A stretch of DNA of 64,000 bases from Flectonema sp. DT1601 (GCA_964019425.1 OZ025804.1:744001-808000); one strand, 5' to 3'. Shown: positions 1 to 9,364, counted from the first letter of the stretch. Program-made: numbers and translations. The notes: a model not told the origin generated them from the sequence alone.

Positions 1-870
1 CCTGAGGAGGGAGTGCGAGGACAGTCGGAACCGGAAGCGGCTTTTAGAGATTCGAAGAAGAGGGCGAAGATCGAGCTCATAGAATGGCACTCTGAAAAGC
101 CCATCTATGAACTGTTCTACGCAGCAACACAGAGGGAGACGAGAACGTGTGTTGTAAGTGGCGGTGAAGTGATCCACATGTGGAGATTCCCCCTCAAGGA
201 ATGCTCGCCGAACCGCGAGGGTAAGGCGTTAGGGATCGGGATGGCGCAGCTGCTAAGTTACGGAGACGCAGTGAAGGAAATAGTGGCGTACGGCTCACTC
301 GAGCACTCAGTAGAGTCACACCGACGATACATCGAGGTCTCGCAGAGAATGGCGCATCGACTTGGATCAACGCTGAGGCTGGAGCGCCTGCCCCCCGAAG
401 CCAGCGAAGAGGCCTACCGATGGGTGAGAGGTGAGGAAAAAGTCGGGAGGAGATTGTTAAAGTGGAAGGAGGAGAACGGTAAGGAAGTCTCACAGGCGGT
501 AACAAGCACACACGAGAAAAATATTGTGCCTGAAACCACCACGGAGCCTACCATGGACCATGACTCAGACAAGATGACGTCAGACTCGAGCTCGATCTGC
601 TCCCCACCGACACAAGAAGACCGCCCCCCAGTAGGGATGTGTGGGTGCGGAAAGGAGATACCGCAAGCAGCGATCAAGAATCCGGTGAAACACCCGACGA
701 AGGGATGGTGTGATAGGTGTGGAGAGCGGATCGCGAAGGGAACGCGGGTAGTCATGTGCGTGAAGTGTGACTACGCTGAATGCTGCGGATTGTTGGAGAG
801 ATCGCGGCGTGGGAAAGAGAAGAGGAAAAGGAAATCACGGGGATCGCGATCGAAAAACGATGCCATGTGA
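1..870 (+). CDS. C-terminal part of element polyprotein (upstream copy, partial)
   Basis: Same translation as the last ~285 aa of ORF 1323..6557; frame is open to the window edge. Confidence 0.85.
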   Translation, partial: PEEGVRGQSEPEAAFRDSKKRAKIELIEWHSEKPIYELFYAATQRETRTCVVSGGEVIHMWRFPLKECSPNREGKALGIGMAQLLSYGDAVKEIVAYGSLEHSVESHRRYIEVSQRMAHRLGSTLRLERLPPEASEEAYRWVRGEEKVGRRLLKWKEENGKEVSQAVTSTHEKNIVPETTTEPTMDHDSDKMTSDSSSICSPPTQEDRPPVGMCGCGKEIPQAAIKNPVKHPTKGWCDRCGERIAKGTRVVMCVKCDYAECCGLLERSRRGKEKRKRKSRGSRSKNDAM

Positions 871-1279
871 GAAGCATGAAACGGAAAGTGAATGAACGGA
901 AAAAATTAAATGTAAAGAAGTGAACTTGTAAAAAATGTAAAGAAGCAAACATGTTAAAAGAAAAATGAAAAAAAAAAAAAAAAAGAAGAGTGAAAAGGAA
1001 GACAGAGTTGTATGTAAACTGTATGTAAATGTAAGAAGAAAGAAAAAACACGCTGGAAGTGGGAGTGCAACCATCAGCGCAAACACAACCACAAATATTG
1101 TTTTTTTTTCCTTTTTCTTTTCTTCGCTTCGGCGACAGATATGGTAGGACCTAGAAAACCGGCCCAAAACTTGTGTTGCAGTTTATCTTTTTAGCGCACA
1201 CTCATGTAACATAAGGATCGCTGGTTCCGAGGGTTTGCTCTCCTGCCATACTTGCCTCTCACCTCCCTCAAAAAAAAAA
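1..1279 (+). mobile_element. 3' part of upstream copy of tandem poly(A)-tailed USP/RNase H-HBD element (runs off window start)
   Basis: 1-1269 matches 5688-6958 except for homopolymer lengths; ends ...CACCTCCCTC followed by A10 (1270-1279), directly abutting the next copy. Confidence 0.75.
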
Positions 1280-1322
1280 TAAAACGTGCGTAGGGGGATG
1301 TCTCGCCTGTGTACTGTGGAAG

Positions 1323-4300
1323 ATGTCTAAAGAAGACCACCCAAGACTGGACGGGTTAATGGAGGAGACACGAGTCACGATCCAGGACTTCACGGCGGAC
1401 ACGGTCAGGAAGGAGATAACAAGGTATTCTTTGGCAGGAGGTTCGCCATTGGCTTTCCTTAAACAGATCCTAAATAACCTGGCACTGAAGGAATGCGCGG
1501 TGTGGGGGGGGACTCTGAGGAGCCTGTTCGAATCCAGATTGAAAGCGACACACAGGTGTGTATGTGGGTTTGTGAGGCAGGAGGTGCAGCTGAGTTTCAT
1601 GGTCTTGGACCCAAAGACCAAGCCGGAGACAGCAAAGATCATCCTCTTAGGAGGGCCGCTCGAAGAAGAGACGAAGAGTCCAACGATCTGCGAGAGGTGT
1701 AGATCGCCAAACAGAGACTGCACTGTGCAGTGGAGATTCGCCGAGATGCCGCCGATCCTGTTCGCGAAGGAGAGAGTGGAACAGACGACGAGGGCCGCCT
1801 TTCAGGTAGAGACTGAAAGCGGGCCACGCAGTTATGTTTTAACGGGGAGTGTATGTGGCAATGGGAGACATGCAATGACAATGGTAAGAACGCCGAGGAA
1901 CCGATGGGCATGTGTGAGCGACGAACGGGTGCGGAGCAAAGAAGGACCAGGCACGGGGCCGCTTTATTGGGTGTATACGAGAATCGAAGGAACGGAGGGT
2001 CTGTTAAGTGAGAAGCTCCTCTCCATAGACCACCGCATGCGGACAAGCCGAGCACTGAAGCCACGCCCAATGGACGATAAATCGGGACGAGCGAGGCGGC
2101 GGTACTTTGACCAAAAAACACAAGTAGCGAAGGAGGCGGTGGTAGAAAGGAGGGAAGAGCCAGTTCTGCATGTGGAAAAGCCGAGGGCAGAGCAACCACC
2201 ATCCCCGTCGGAGCCGAAACCTTTGGAGCCAGCATCAAACGGAGACATTGCGAAACTGACGCAAGAGACGAAGGAAGAGCCACCAGTACAAACTAACCGC
2301 TCCAAAGGGGACGGTGGGCAGCAGGCGCTGCCGCCGCCCCAGCTGCTCAAGTCTGAGGCGCGGAGTCCAGAGCGGGCAGAAGGCTCAACAACGGAACCAA
2401 TGCGAATGGACGGGAGCGACCAGACTAAAGACGTCACCGAACCGTCGGCGGGGATAGGATTGCACGCAGGAGGGAATTACTCGGACACATCCCTGTCGCT
2501 ATCGGAACCGCCGCCTGTGAAACCCCACGGAAATGTCGAGACTTTGGAGCCAGCATCAAACGGAGACATTGCGAAGCTGACGCAGGAGACGAAGGAAGCG
2601 CCACCAGTACAAACTAACCGCTCCGAAGGGGACGGTGGGCAACAGGCGCCGCCGCCGCCCCAGCTGCTCAAGTCTGAGGCGCGGAGTCCAGAGCGGGCAG
2701 AAGGCTCAACAACGGAACCAATGCGAATGGACGGGAGCGACCAGACGAAAGACGTCACCGAACCGTCGGCGGGGACAGGATCGCACGCAGGAGGGAATTA
2801 CTCGGACACATCCCTGTCGCTATCGGAACCGCCGCCTGTGAAACCCCACGAAAATGTCGAGCGGATGCCACAGGGACTGAGTGCGGTGCCATTGACGCTG
2901 TCAAAGCAACCGGAGGACCAGGATAGACGACAGGCACCGCCGGCTCCCCAGCAGTCCGTATTAAAACTACAAGAAACAGGACAGGATTTGCTACAGGTCC
3001 CGGTGAAAGTAGCCGAGCGGTCGAAAGAACCGGAGGCGCCGCCTGCGGTAAAAGAAGAGTCGAACCTGCCGGCGAGGAACCTTTCACCACCGGTGTCTAT
3101 TTCAACACCAAGCCAGGACGTGCGGACGCCTACGCAGCCGTTGCGTGATCCCGAGCAGGGAGAACCGCATGCACTTGTGAAACCGACAGAGGGCGCACAG
3201 ACGCAAGCGAATGGATTGGTTTCAGAAGGAGCAGCCCCACAGAAGAGCAGAAGGGAGCCGACAGAACCTAAGACGTCTAGGGAGCAAGGTCTAAAACTGG
3301 GCTTTTACGCAACAGGACCGACCACGTGGGAGACAGCACCGTGGGAAGGAGAGCAAGACCCAGAGGAGGCCCAACAAAAGAGGGAGCCACTGGTACCACA
3401 GGAAGCAAACGCTCGGGAGGAAGACCGCGAGGGATATGACGAACCGACAGCGCGTGGAACAGACGGAGAAGCTGATGTACAGATGGAGAACTATGAGAGC
3501 CAGGAAGGGGCGAACTCCCAGGAACTAATGGAGGAAGTTACAGGGGAGATTGCCGAAACGAGCGAGCCGCTAGCGTATGGAATGGATGAAGGGGGTGATA
3601 TACTCATGGAGGACTGTGAACCGGAATCAAACCTTTTCTGCACGCGGGTAGCGCCAGCGGCCCCGTGTCTTGGTAGCAGAGGCCCGGACGTCACCGAACC
3701 GCAGAGCCAAGGGGGTGGGACGAATATCCAGACGCGGACCACCTGGATGGAGGGCCTGACGAACCTCGGAGACTCGTGTTACCTGAACGCCACCTTGCAG
3801 GCACTACTGAAGGGGTCGCATGTGGATTTCCAGCGGGCACGGAACACCCCTCACGTATGCGGGACGAGGTGCACAGTGTGCGCACTAGCACTGGTGCAGG
3901 GAGGTGGGTCGCAAGGAGAGATAACGAGGATCACAAGAGAATGGATGGGAAGAGGACAACAGGACGCCCACGGAGCCCTACTACACATAGTGTCGGACCT
4001 GCAGGAAAGAGCAAGACCAGGCGACCTCTTAGCAAACGCTTTCACATGCATGGTGGCAGTAGAACGCACGTGCATATGCTGTGGCGGAGGGAGCCAATCA
4101 ATCGAGCTGGACTGCGGCCTGATACTGCGGGGATGGGACCTACAGTCGGCACTGGAGTCGACGACGATACCACAGGACTACGTGTGCGGACTGTGCGGTA
4201 CGGGGTCTTTGCAGGAGCGCAGGATCTTGATGGAGGCGCCGGAAACGATGATCGTATGCATTGTGAACGAGAATGCCACGAAAATGGCGCTGGGAGAACA

Positions 4301-6557
4301 AGTGTCGATGCGGAACAGCAAGATACAGGCCGACTATAGGGTGTCCGCTGTGGTGGTCCATCAGGGGTGTCTGGGATCGGGTCACTACACGTCTTTCACC
4401 CTATCACCGGGCGGCTGGAGGTACCAGGACGATGAGGTGGAGCGAGCAACAAGCTGGCGAGAGGTGCTGTCGTCTGTCCCTTACGTGCTATTCCTGCGAA
4501 GACAAGCTACAAAGGAGATGTTCTGCGCAAATGAAGTTCCGATGATGCCACGACTAGCTCCACAGGTGGTCAGGGTAACGCCCCCAGAGCAGCACGGAAT
4601 GGAAGGAAGGGATTATAGGCAAGTGAACAGTGAAATGCTCATACGGCCTGGAACGCAAAAGTCACGGACACAGTGTGAAGTACCACAATCAACACGGACC
4701 CAAAACCCACCGAACCTGCTAAGGACGGTGAAGACACTAGGTCGGTGCGAGAAGAAGAACGCCACGCGTGTCACAATACGAGCACACACAACGAAAGGCC
4801 AGAGGAGTCAACCGGCGACGCGAATGGAGAGCAAGTTCAAGCTCTATGCTATCTCGAAGGGAAGGGGACGCACTACCATCGTGAATAGCTGGGCAGAGGC
4901 CGAGAAACAGACGAAGGGACTCTCTTGCGCTGTTTATCAGGGCTTCAATAATGGAGAGGAGGCGGAGGCTTTCCTGAGAAGCACTGACCCAGAGTATAAG
5001 ACAGCAGACAAGCCAGTAAAAGGCCCACGCAGAAATCGGCGGTACGCGGTCCCGTGTGGACGGCGTCCAGGAACGTACAGCACATGGAGTGAAGCCTCAC
5101 TGCAAGTGCTACGCTGTCCAGGTGGGAAGGTGAAGAAGCTTTGCACGGACAGGAGAGCACGGGAGTACGTCGAAGAGCACAGAGCCACGAAAGGGTTAAC
5201 GCAGCCAACACCACCACATCCAGCTGTGTACCTTTTCTTAGGCAAAACCGGAAGGGCGTGCCTGGTGCGGAGTGGCGGAGGACCAGTGATGAAGAAGTGG
5301 CATGAGACCACAGGAGAGGAAAAAGACCCCATGCTGGCCGCACTAGAATTGGCACTGGAATGGGTCACAGGGAAGGGCCTCCTGGAGGGACCCGTGGAAG
5401 TGCAAGCATACGCACCCTTGGAACAGTGGACGAGAGAACGGTGGGAGAAATTCGGGGCGATAAGTAGCGTGGTAAGGGCACGAGGACTAGTGTTGAGGCT
5501 GGCGGACCTACCTGTCGAAGTAAAGCACACAGCTTACCAGTGGGTGTGCCAAGTGATGACAGGCGAAACAGAGGTAGAACAGAAACCGAAGCCAGCGGAA
5601 CCAGTCGAGGAGCCGAAGGAAGGATCGGCAGATCCCCACCATGGACGTGAGCCCCGAATAGGATGGCGCCCAAGTGCGATCCATGAGCCTGAGGAGGGAG
5701 TGCGAGGACAGTCGGAACCGGAAGCGGCTTTTAGAGATTCGAAGAAGAGGGCGAAGATCGAGCTCATAGAATGGCACTCTGAAAAGCCCATCTATGAACT
5801 GTTCTACGCAGCAACACAGAGGGAGACGAGAACGTGTGTTGTAAGTGGCGGTGAAGTGATCCACATGTGGAGATTCCCCCTCAAGGAATGCTCGCCGAAC
5901 CGCGAGGGTAAGGCGTTAGGGATCGGGATGGCGCAGCTGCTAAGTTACGGAGACGCAGTGAAGGAAATAGTGGCGTACGGCTCACTCGAGCACTCAGTAG
6001 AGTCACACCGACGATACATCGAGGTCTCGCAGAGAATGGCGCATCGACTTGGATCAACGCTGAGGCTGGAGCGCCTGCCCCCCGAAGCCAGCGAAGAGGC
6101 CTACCGATGGGTGAGAGGTGAGGAAAAAGTCGGGAGGAGATTGTTAAAGTGGAAGGAGGAGAACGGTAAGGAAGTCTCACAGGCGGTAACAAGCACACAC
6201 GAGAAAAATATTGTGCCTGAAACCACCACGGAGCCTACCATGGACCATGACTCAGACAAGATGACGTCAGACTCGAGCTCGATCTGCTCCCCACCGACAC
6301 AAGAAGACCGCCCCCCAGTAGGGATGTGTGGGTGCGGAAAGGAGATACCGCAAGCAGCGATCAAGAATCCGGTGAAACACCCGACGAAGGGATGGTGTGA
6401 TAGGTGTGGAGAGCGGATCGCGAAGGGAACGCGGGTAGTCATGTGCGTGAAGTGTGACTACGCTGAATGCTGCGGATTGTTGGAGAGATCGCGGCGTGGG
6501 AAAGAGAAGAGGAAAAGGAAATCACGGGGATCGCGATCGAAAAACGATGCCATGTGA
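1323..6557 (+). CDS. Element polyprotein: truncated USP domain + P/E-rich linker + complete USP (peptidase C19) + 2x RNase H1 N-terminal hybrid-binding domain + degenerate RNase H-like segments + Cys-rich finger
   Basis: Cys box GLTNLGDSCYLNATLQAL, QQDAHG, His box YRVSAVVVHQGCLGSGHYTSF, WRYQDDEV, YVLFLRR (~3753-4503); second His-box-like YVLTGSVCGNGRHAM..WACVSDERV..YWVYTR; HBDs KLYAISKGR..SWAEAEKQTKG..YQGFNNGEEAEAFL and RYAVPCGRRPGTYSTWSEASLQV; C-terminal WCDRC..CVKCDYAEC. Confidence 0.85.
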   Translation: MSKEDHPRLDGLMEETRVTIQDFTADTVRKEITRYSLAGGSPLAFLKQILNNLALKECAVWGGTLRSLFESRLKATHRCVCGFVRQEVQLSFMVLDPKTKPETAKIILLGGPLEEETKSPTICERCRSPNRDCTVQWRFAEMPPILFAKERVEQTTRAAFQVETESGPRSYVLTGSVCGNGRHAMTMVRTPRNRWACVSDERVRSKEGPGTGPLYWVYTRIEGTEGLLSEKLLSIDHRMRTSRALKPRPMDDKSGRARRRYFDQKTQVAKEAVVERREEPVLHVEKPRAEQPPSPSEPKPLEPASNGDIAKLTQETKEEPPVQTNRSKGDGGQQALPPPQLLKSEARSPERAEGSTTEPMRMDGSDQTKDVTEPSAGIGLHAGGNYSDTSLSLSEPPPVKPHGNVETLEPASNGDIAKLTQETKEAPPVQTNRSEGDGGQQAPPPPQLLKSEARSPERAEGSTTEPMRMDGSDQTKDVTEPSAGTGSHAGGNYSDTSLSLSEPPPVKPHENVERMPQGLSAVPLTLSKQPEDQDRRQAPPAPQQSVLKLQETGQDLLQVPVKVAERSKEPEAPPAVKEESNLPARNLSPPVSISTPSQDVRTPTQPLRDPEQGEPHALVKPTEGAQTQANGLVSEGAAPQKSRREPTEPKTSREQGLKLGFYATGPTTWETAPWEGEQDPEEAQQKREPLVPQEANAREEDREGYDEPTARGTDGEADVQMENYESQEGANSQELMEEVTGEIAETSEPLAYGMDEGGDILMEDCEPESNLFCTRVAPAAPCLGSRGPDVTEPQSQGGGTNIQTRTTWMEGLTNLGDSCYLNATLQALLKGSHVDFQRARNTPHVCGTRCTVCALALVQGGGSQGEITRITREWMGRGQQDAHGALLHIVSDLQERARPGDLLANAFTCMVAVERTCICCGGGSQSIELDCGLILRGWDLQSALESTTIPQDYVCGLCGTGSLQERRILMEAPETMIVCIVNENATKMALGEQVSMRNSKIQADYRVSAVVVHQGCLGSGHYTSFTLSPGGWRYQDDEVERATSWREVLSSVPYVLFLRRQATKEMFCANEVPMMPRLAPQVVRVTPPEQHGMEGRDYRQVNSEMLIRPGTQKSRTQCEVPQSTRTQNPPNLLRTVKTLGRCEKKNATRVTIRAHTTKGQRSQPATRMESKFKLYAISKGRGRTTIVNSWAEAEKQTKGLSCAVYQGFNNGEEAEAFLRSTDPEYKTADKPVKGPRRNRRYAVPCGRRPGTYSTWSEASLQVLRCPGGKVKKLCTDRRAREYVEEHRATKGLTQPTPPHPAVYLFLGKTGRACLVRSGGGPVMKKWHETTGEEKDPMLAALELALEWVTGKGLLEGPVEVQAYAPLEQWTRERWEKFGAISSVVRARGLVLRLADLPVEVKHTAYQWVCQVMTGETEVEQKPKPAEPVEEPKEGSADPHHGREPRIGWRPSAIHEPEEGVRGQSEPEAAFRDSKKRAKIELIEWHSEKPIYELFYAATQRETRTCVVSGGEVIHMWRFPLKECSPNREGKALGIGMAQLLSYGDAVKEIVAYGSLEHSVESHRRYIEVSQRMAHRLGSTLRLERLPPEASEEAYRWVRGEEKVGRRLLKWKEENGKEVSQAVTSTHEKNIVPETTTEPTMDHDSDKMTSDSSSICSPPTQEDRPPVGMCGCGKEIPQAAIKNPVKHPTKGWCDRCGERIAKGTRVVMCVKCDYAECCGLLERSRRGKEKRKRKSRGSRSKNDAM
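2221..2861 (+). repeat. In-frame 321-bp (107-aa) tandem duplication within element ORF
   Basis: CTTTGGAGCCAGCATCAAACGGAGAC... at 2221 and 2542; LEPASNGDIAK...PPVKPH occurs twice with few substitutions. Confidence 0.95.
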
Positions 6558-6953
6558 GAAGCATGAAACGGAAAGTGAATGAACGGAAAAAATTAAATGT
6601 AAAGAAGTGAACTTGTAAAAAATGTAAAGAAGCAAACATGTTAAAAGAAAAATGAAAAAAAAAAAAAAAAGAAGAGTGAAAAGGAAGACAGAGTTGTATG
6701 TAAACTGTATGTAAATGTAAGAAGAAAGAAAAAACACGCTGGAAGTGGGAGTGCAACCATCAGCGCAAACACAACCACAAATATTGTTTTTTTTTTTTCC
6801 TTTTTCTTTTCTTCGCTTCGGCGACAGATATGGTAGGACCTAGAAAACCGGCCCAAAACTTGTGTTGCAGTTTATCTTTTTAGCGCACACTCATGTAACA
6901 TAAGGATCGCTGGTTCCGAGGGTTTGCTCTCCTGCCATACTTGCCTCTCACCT

Positions 6954-7003
<50 letters not shown>

Positions 7004-8239
7004 ATACCTACGGGAATGTTCCGTTTTTTCCTCTTTTCCCCCGCAGTCTTTCTTTCCCCACTTTGTTTCATTCTGAGCAATTCTTGCTTACATCATAACT
7101 GGCAGGGGGAACTAGCGATCCTTCATGCAATCAAACAGCGGGTGAGTCCGTTCGTTTACAAGAATGGCATTTAATTGGTACTTCTTTATCTCTAAGCAGT
7201 GGGAACCCGTTCTAAATTTTGCATTTCGCCTCAACATGTTGCTGGGCCTCCAGATACTGCCTGAGCATTACACGCTTTTCTCTGAACCGTTTCTTACCAA
7301 GCATCCTCCTGTTTGTTTCCCTCACAATTCGTGATTGTGAGCTATCTTGTCCGCCTTGCAGTGATGAACTGGAGATGGACGAAGGTTCCCAGTTCTCTAA
7401 TCCCTGCCTATATTGATAGGGAGTTCAGCTTTCTTTAATCTACAACATTGTGAGTCACCTGGCATCTTCTCTTACCACTAGATTCAGAGTAATTTGCTCA
7501 GCCTTATTGCTGCTCTCAGTCGCCATGAGTCTCGAGGCCGTGGATTTCTTGATAGGCGAGACTTGCACAGCTATAGATTTCCAATTGCATGTTCTGAGTT
7601 TTCTGCTCGAATTTCGTCTTATCAACCAAAGTTTTTGAATGACCATATCCACAGGATATCGTGAGGCTCGGAATTTCCGCCCAAGGTTCAATGCTATCTG
7701 ATTGAGCTATGCCTTGTAGCGCCATATTACGGTAGTTTGGAGCTCCACCTGAATCGCACATGTTGATGGGACCCACTTCAGTGGCTTGTTTGTCAATTTG
7801 CAGACGCAGTATTGGCCTCCACCATCACCTCGTGTTGTTACTGCAGCCGGTGATCTTCCTTGCAACCTTTCTGAGATTCAGATTCTATCAAACGCTTCTG
7901 AAGTCGAATGACAGCAATACGTTTTTCGCCCCGCCATGGGTTTTTTCGGGGCAAAAATTCCACACAAAATGGACATTGGGTTAGAATGTTGTGATTCTTT
8001 TGGAATGCAGAACCTCACGATATTTACGTAATACAGAATATGTAAAAAATATGGACTCAGAGATGGAACAAGGTAGTTTTGTTAATTAGTACTATTGATT
8101 TTCTTTCTTATGATAGAATTCCTCCATTCACTCACCAGGTCTTTCTTTGAAAGTGAATACACTCACTAAATTAATAGCGACCTTGTTCTTCAGTTTATCT
8201 TTAGGTGATATGTCAGGAGTATGTTAATTTTTTTGTGTG

Positions 8240-8307
8240 TTTTTTTGAGAGGTGGGAGGCAAGCAATGTAGGAAACCAACCCCTCGGGGTCCAGCGATCC
8301 TTATGTT
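8240..8307 (-). mobile_element. Diverged remnant of the element's 3' terminus with short A tail, inverted
   Basis: Reverse complement AACATAAGGATCGCTGGaccCCGAGGGgttggtttCCTacattgCTTGCCTCcCACCTCTC-A7 aligns with 6897-6958; first 17 nt identical. Confidence 0.75.
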
Positions 8308-8604
8308 GTAAGTTAGGATTGTTTTCCAGTTTTTTTGTCATCCCCTTGCAGCCAATATCAAAACACACAAACAGACCAAGCATTACGTTTTAAAAACCGA
8401 TTACAAGGCCAGCGCGACCAATGCTCAGGCAGTATGATATTTATATTTTTTGTGCCTACGAACCCATTGTTCGGTAGAAGGAGAATTGTGGCAGCGTAAC
8501 TAACCTATTCTTTTATTAGGATTTCGAGTTGACCAATTCTTTTTTTTAAATGACTTCATCACCATAGTGCATTATTTTAATGAAAAAAAAAACAACATCA
8601 ACAG

Positions 8605-9213
8605 ACGGCATACTTTGCTACGGGTTGTTTTTGGGGAGCAGAAGAAGTGATGTGGAAAACAACTGGAGTGGTAACAACATCTGTGGGCTACATGGGAGGA
8701 GCTTCGGCGAACCCAAACTATAAAGACATATGTACTGGGAAAACTGGTCACGCTGAAGCAGTCAAAGTTGTGTACAATCCTGATGAAGTGTCATTCAGTG
8801 ATTTGTTAAAAGTGTTTTGGGAATCTCATGATCCAACTCAAGGAAACAAACAAGGAAATGATAGGGGAACTCAATACAGAAGTGCCTTGTTTACTACAAC
8901 ACAAGACCAGTTAGCCTTGGCAATGGCCAGTAAAACTATTTATGAGAAAGCTCTTAAGTCTGGGAAACACTCTCGTAATGTAATTACAACTGAAATTGGT
9001 TCTGCGCCGCAATATCACTTTGCAGAGGAATACCACCAGCAGTATTTATCAAAACCAGGAAGTCGGCAATACTGTTCTGCTCAGCCTACTGGTATCCCTC
9101 TTCCAGATCTAAGCCAGTGGGGTTTGGCACAGGGTTTAGCTACGACCCATGCTTCAAGACTGGGATCTAATGTTCCAAAGTCAAGATGCGCTGGAGGTTC
9201 ATGTGCCTTGTAA
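8605..9213 (+). CDS. msrA: Peptide methionine sulfoxide reductase A (last exon; 5' exon unresolved)
   Basis: TAYFATGCFWGAEE in frame after AACAG acceptor at 8603-8604; GHAEAV, HDPTQGNKQGNDRGTQYRS, AEEYHQQYL. Confidence 0.95.
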   Translation, partial: TAYFATGCFWGAEEVMWKTTGVVTTSVGYMGGASANPNYKDICTGKTGHAEAVKVVYNPDEVSFSDLLKVFWESHDPTQGNKQGNDRGTQYRSALFTTTQDQLALAMASKTIYEKALKSGKHSRNVITTEIGSAPQYHFAEEYHQQYLSKPGSRQYCSAQPTGIPLPDLSQWGLAQGLATTHASRLGSNVPKSRCAGGSCAL

Positions 9214-9331
9214 TCCTATTTAGCCATTTGTGTTGCGTTTAATTAATGACTTTTTAGTTTTTTATTATTTTTTTTTTTTGTTTTATAAAATTTTTTATGT
9301 TTACTTATTTATTTTACGTTGTTAAATTGCA

Positions 9332-9364
<33 letters not shown>

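Larger units (their letters stand above)
1280..7001 (+). mobile_element. 5'-truncated retroposon-like element, second tandem copy, with A43 tail
   Basis: Visibly more GC-rich than host genes, intronless 5.2-kb ORF, ~400-nt 3' region, poly(A) 6959-7001; reading frame open back to the poly(A) of the previous copy; no target-site duplication seen. Confidence 0.7.

Noticed and set aside
1123..1225. TCGCTTCGGCGACAGATAT resembles the U6 snRNA 5' stem-loop
   Set aside because: No ACAGAGA box or properly placed downstream U6 core; treated as a generic UUCG hairpin
1141..1293. Possible ATG|GT...AG intron supplying a start codon across the element junction
   Set aside because: Splicing 1144-1293 puts the ATG out of frame with the long ORF
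1..7001. SL RNA, 5S rRNA or tRNA gene within the tandem unit (SLACS/CRE-like target)
   Set aside because: No recognisable spliced-leader, 5S or tRNA sequence found by eye
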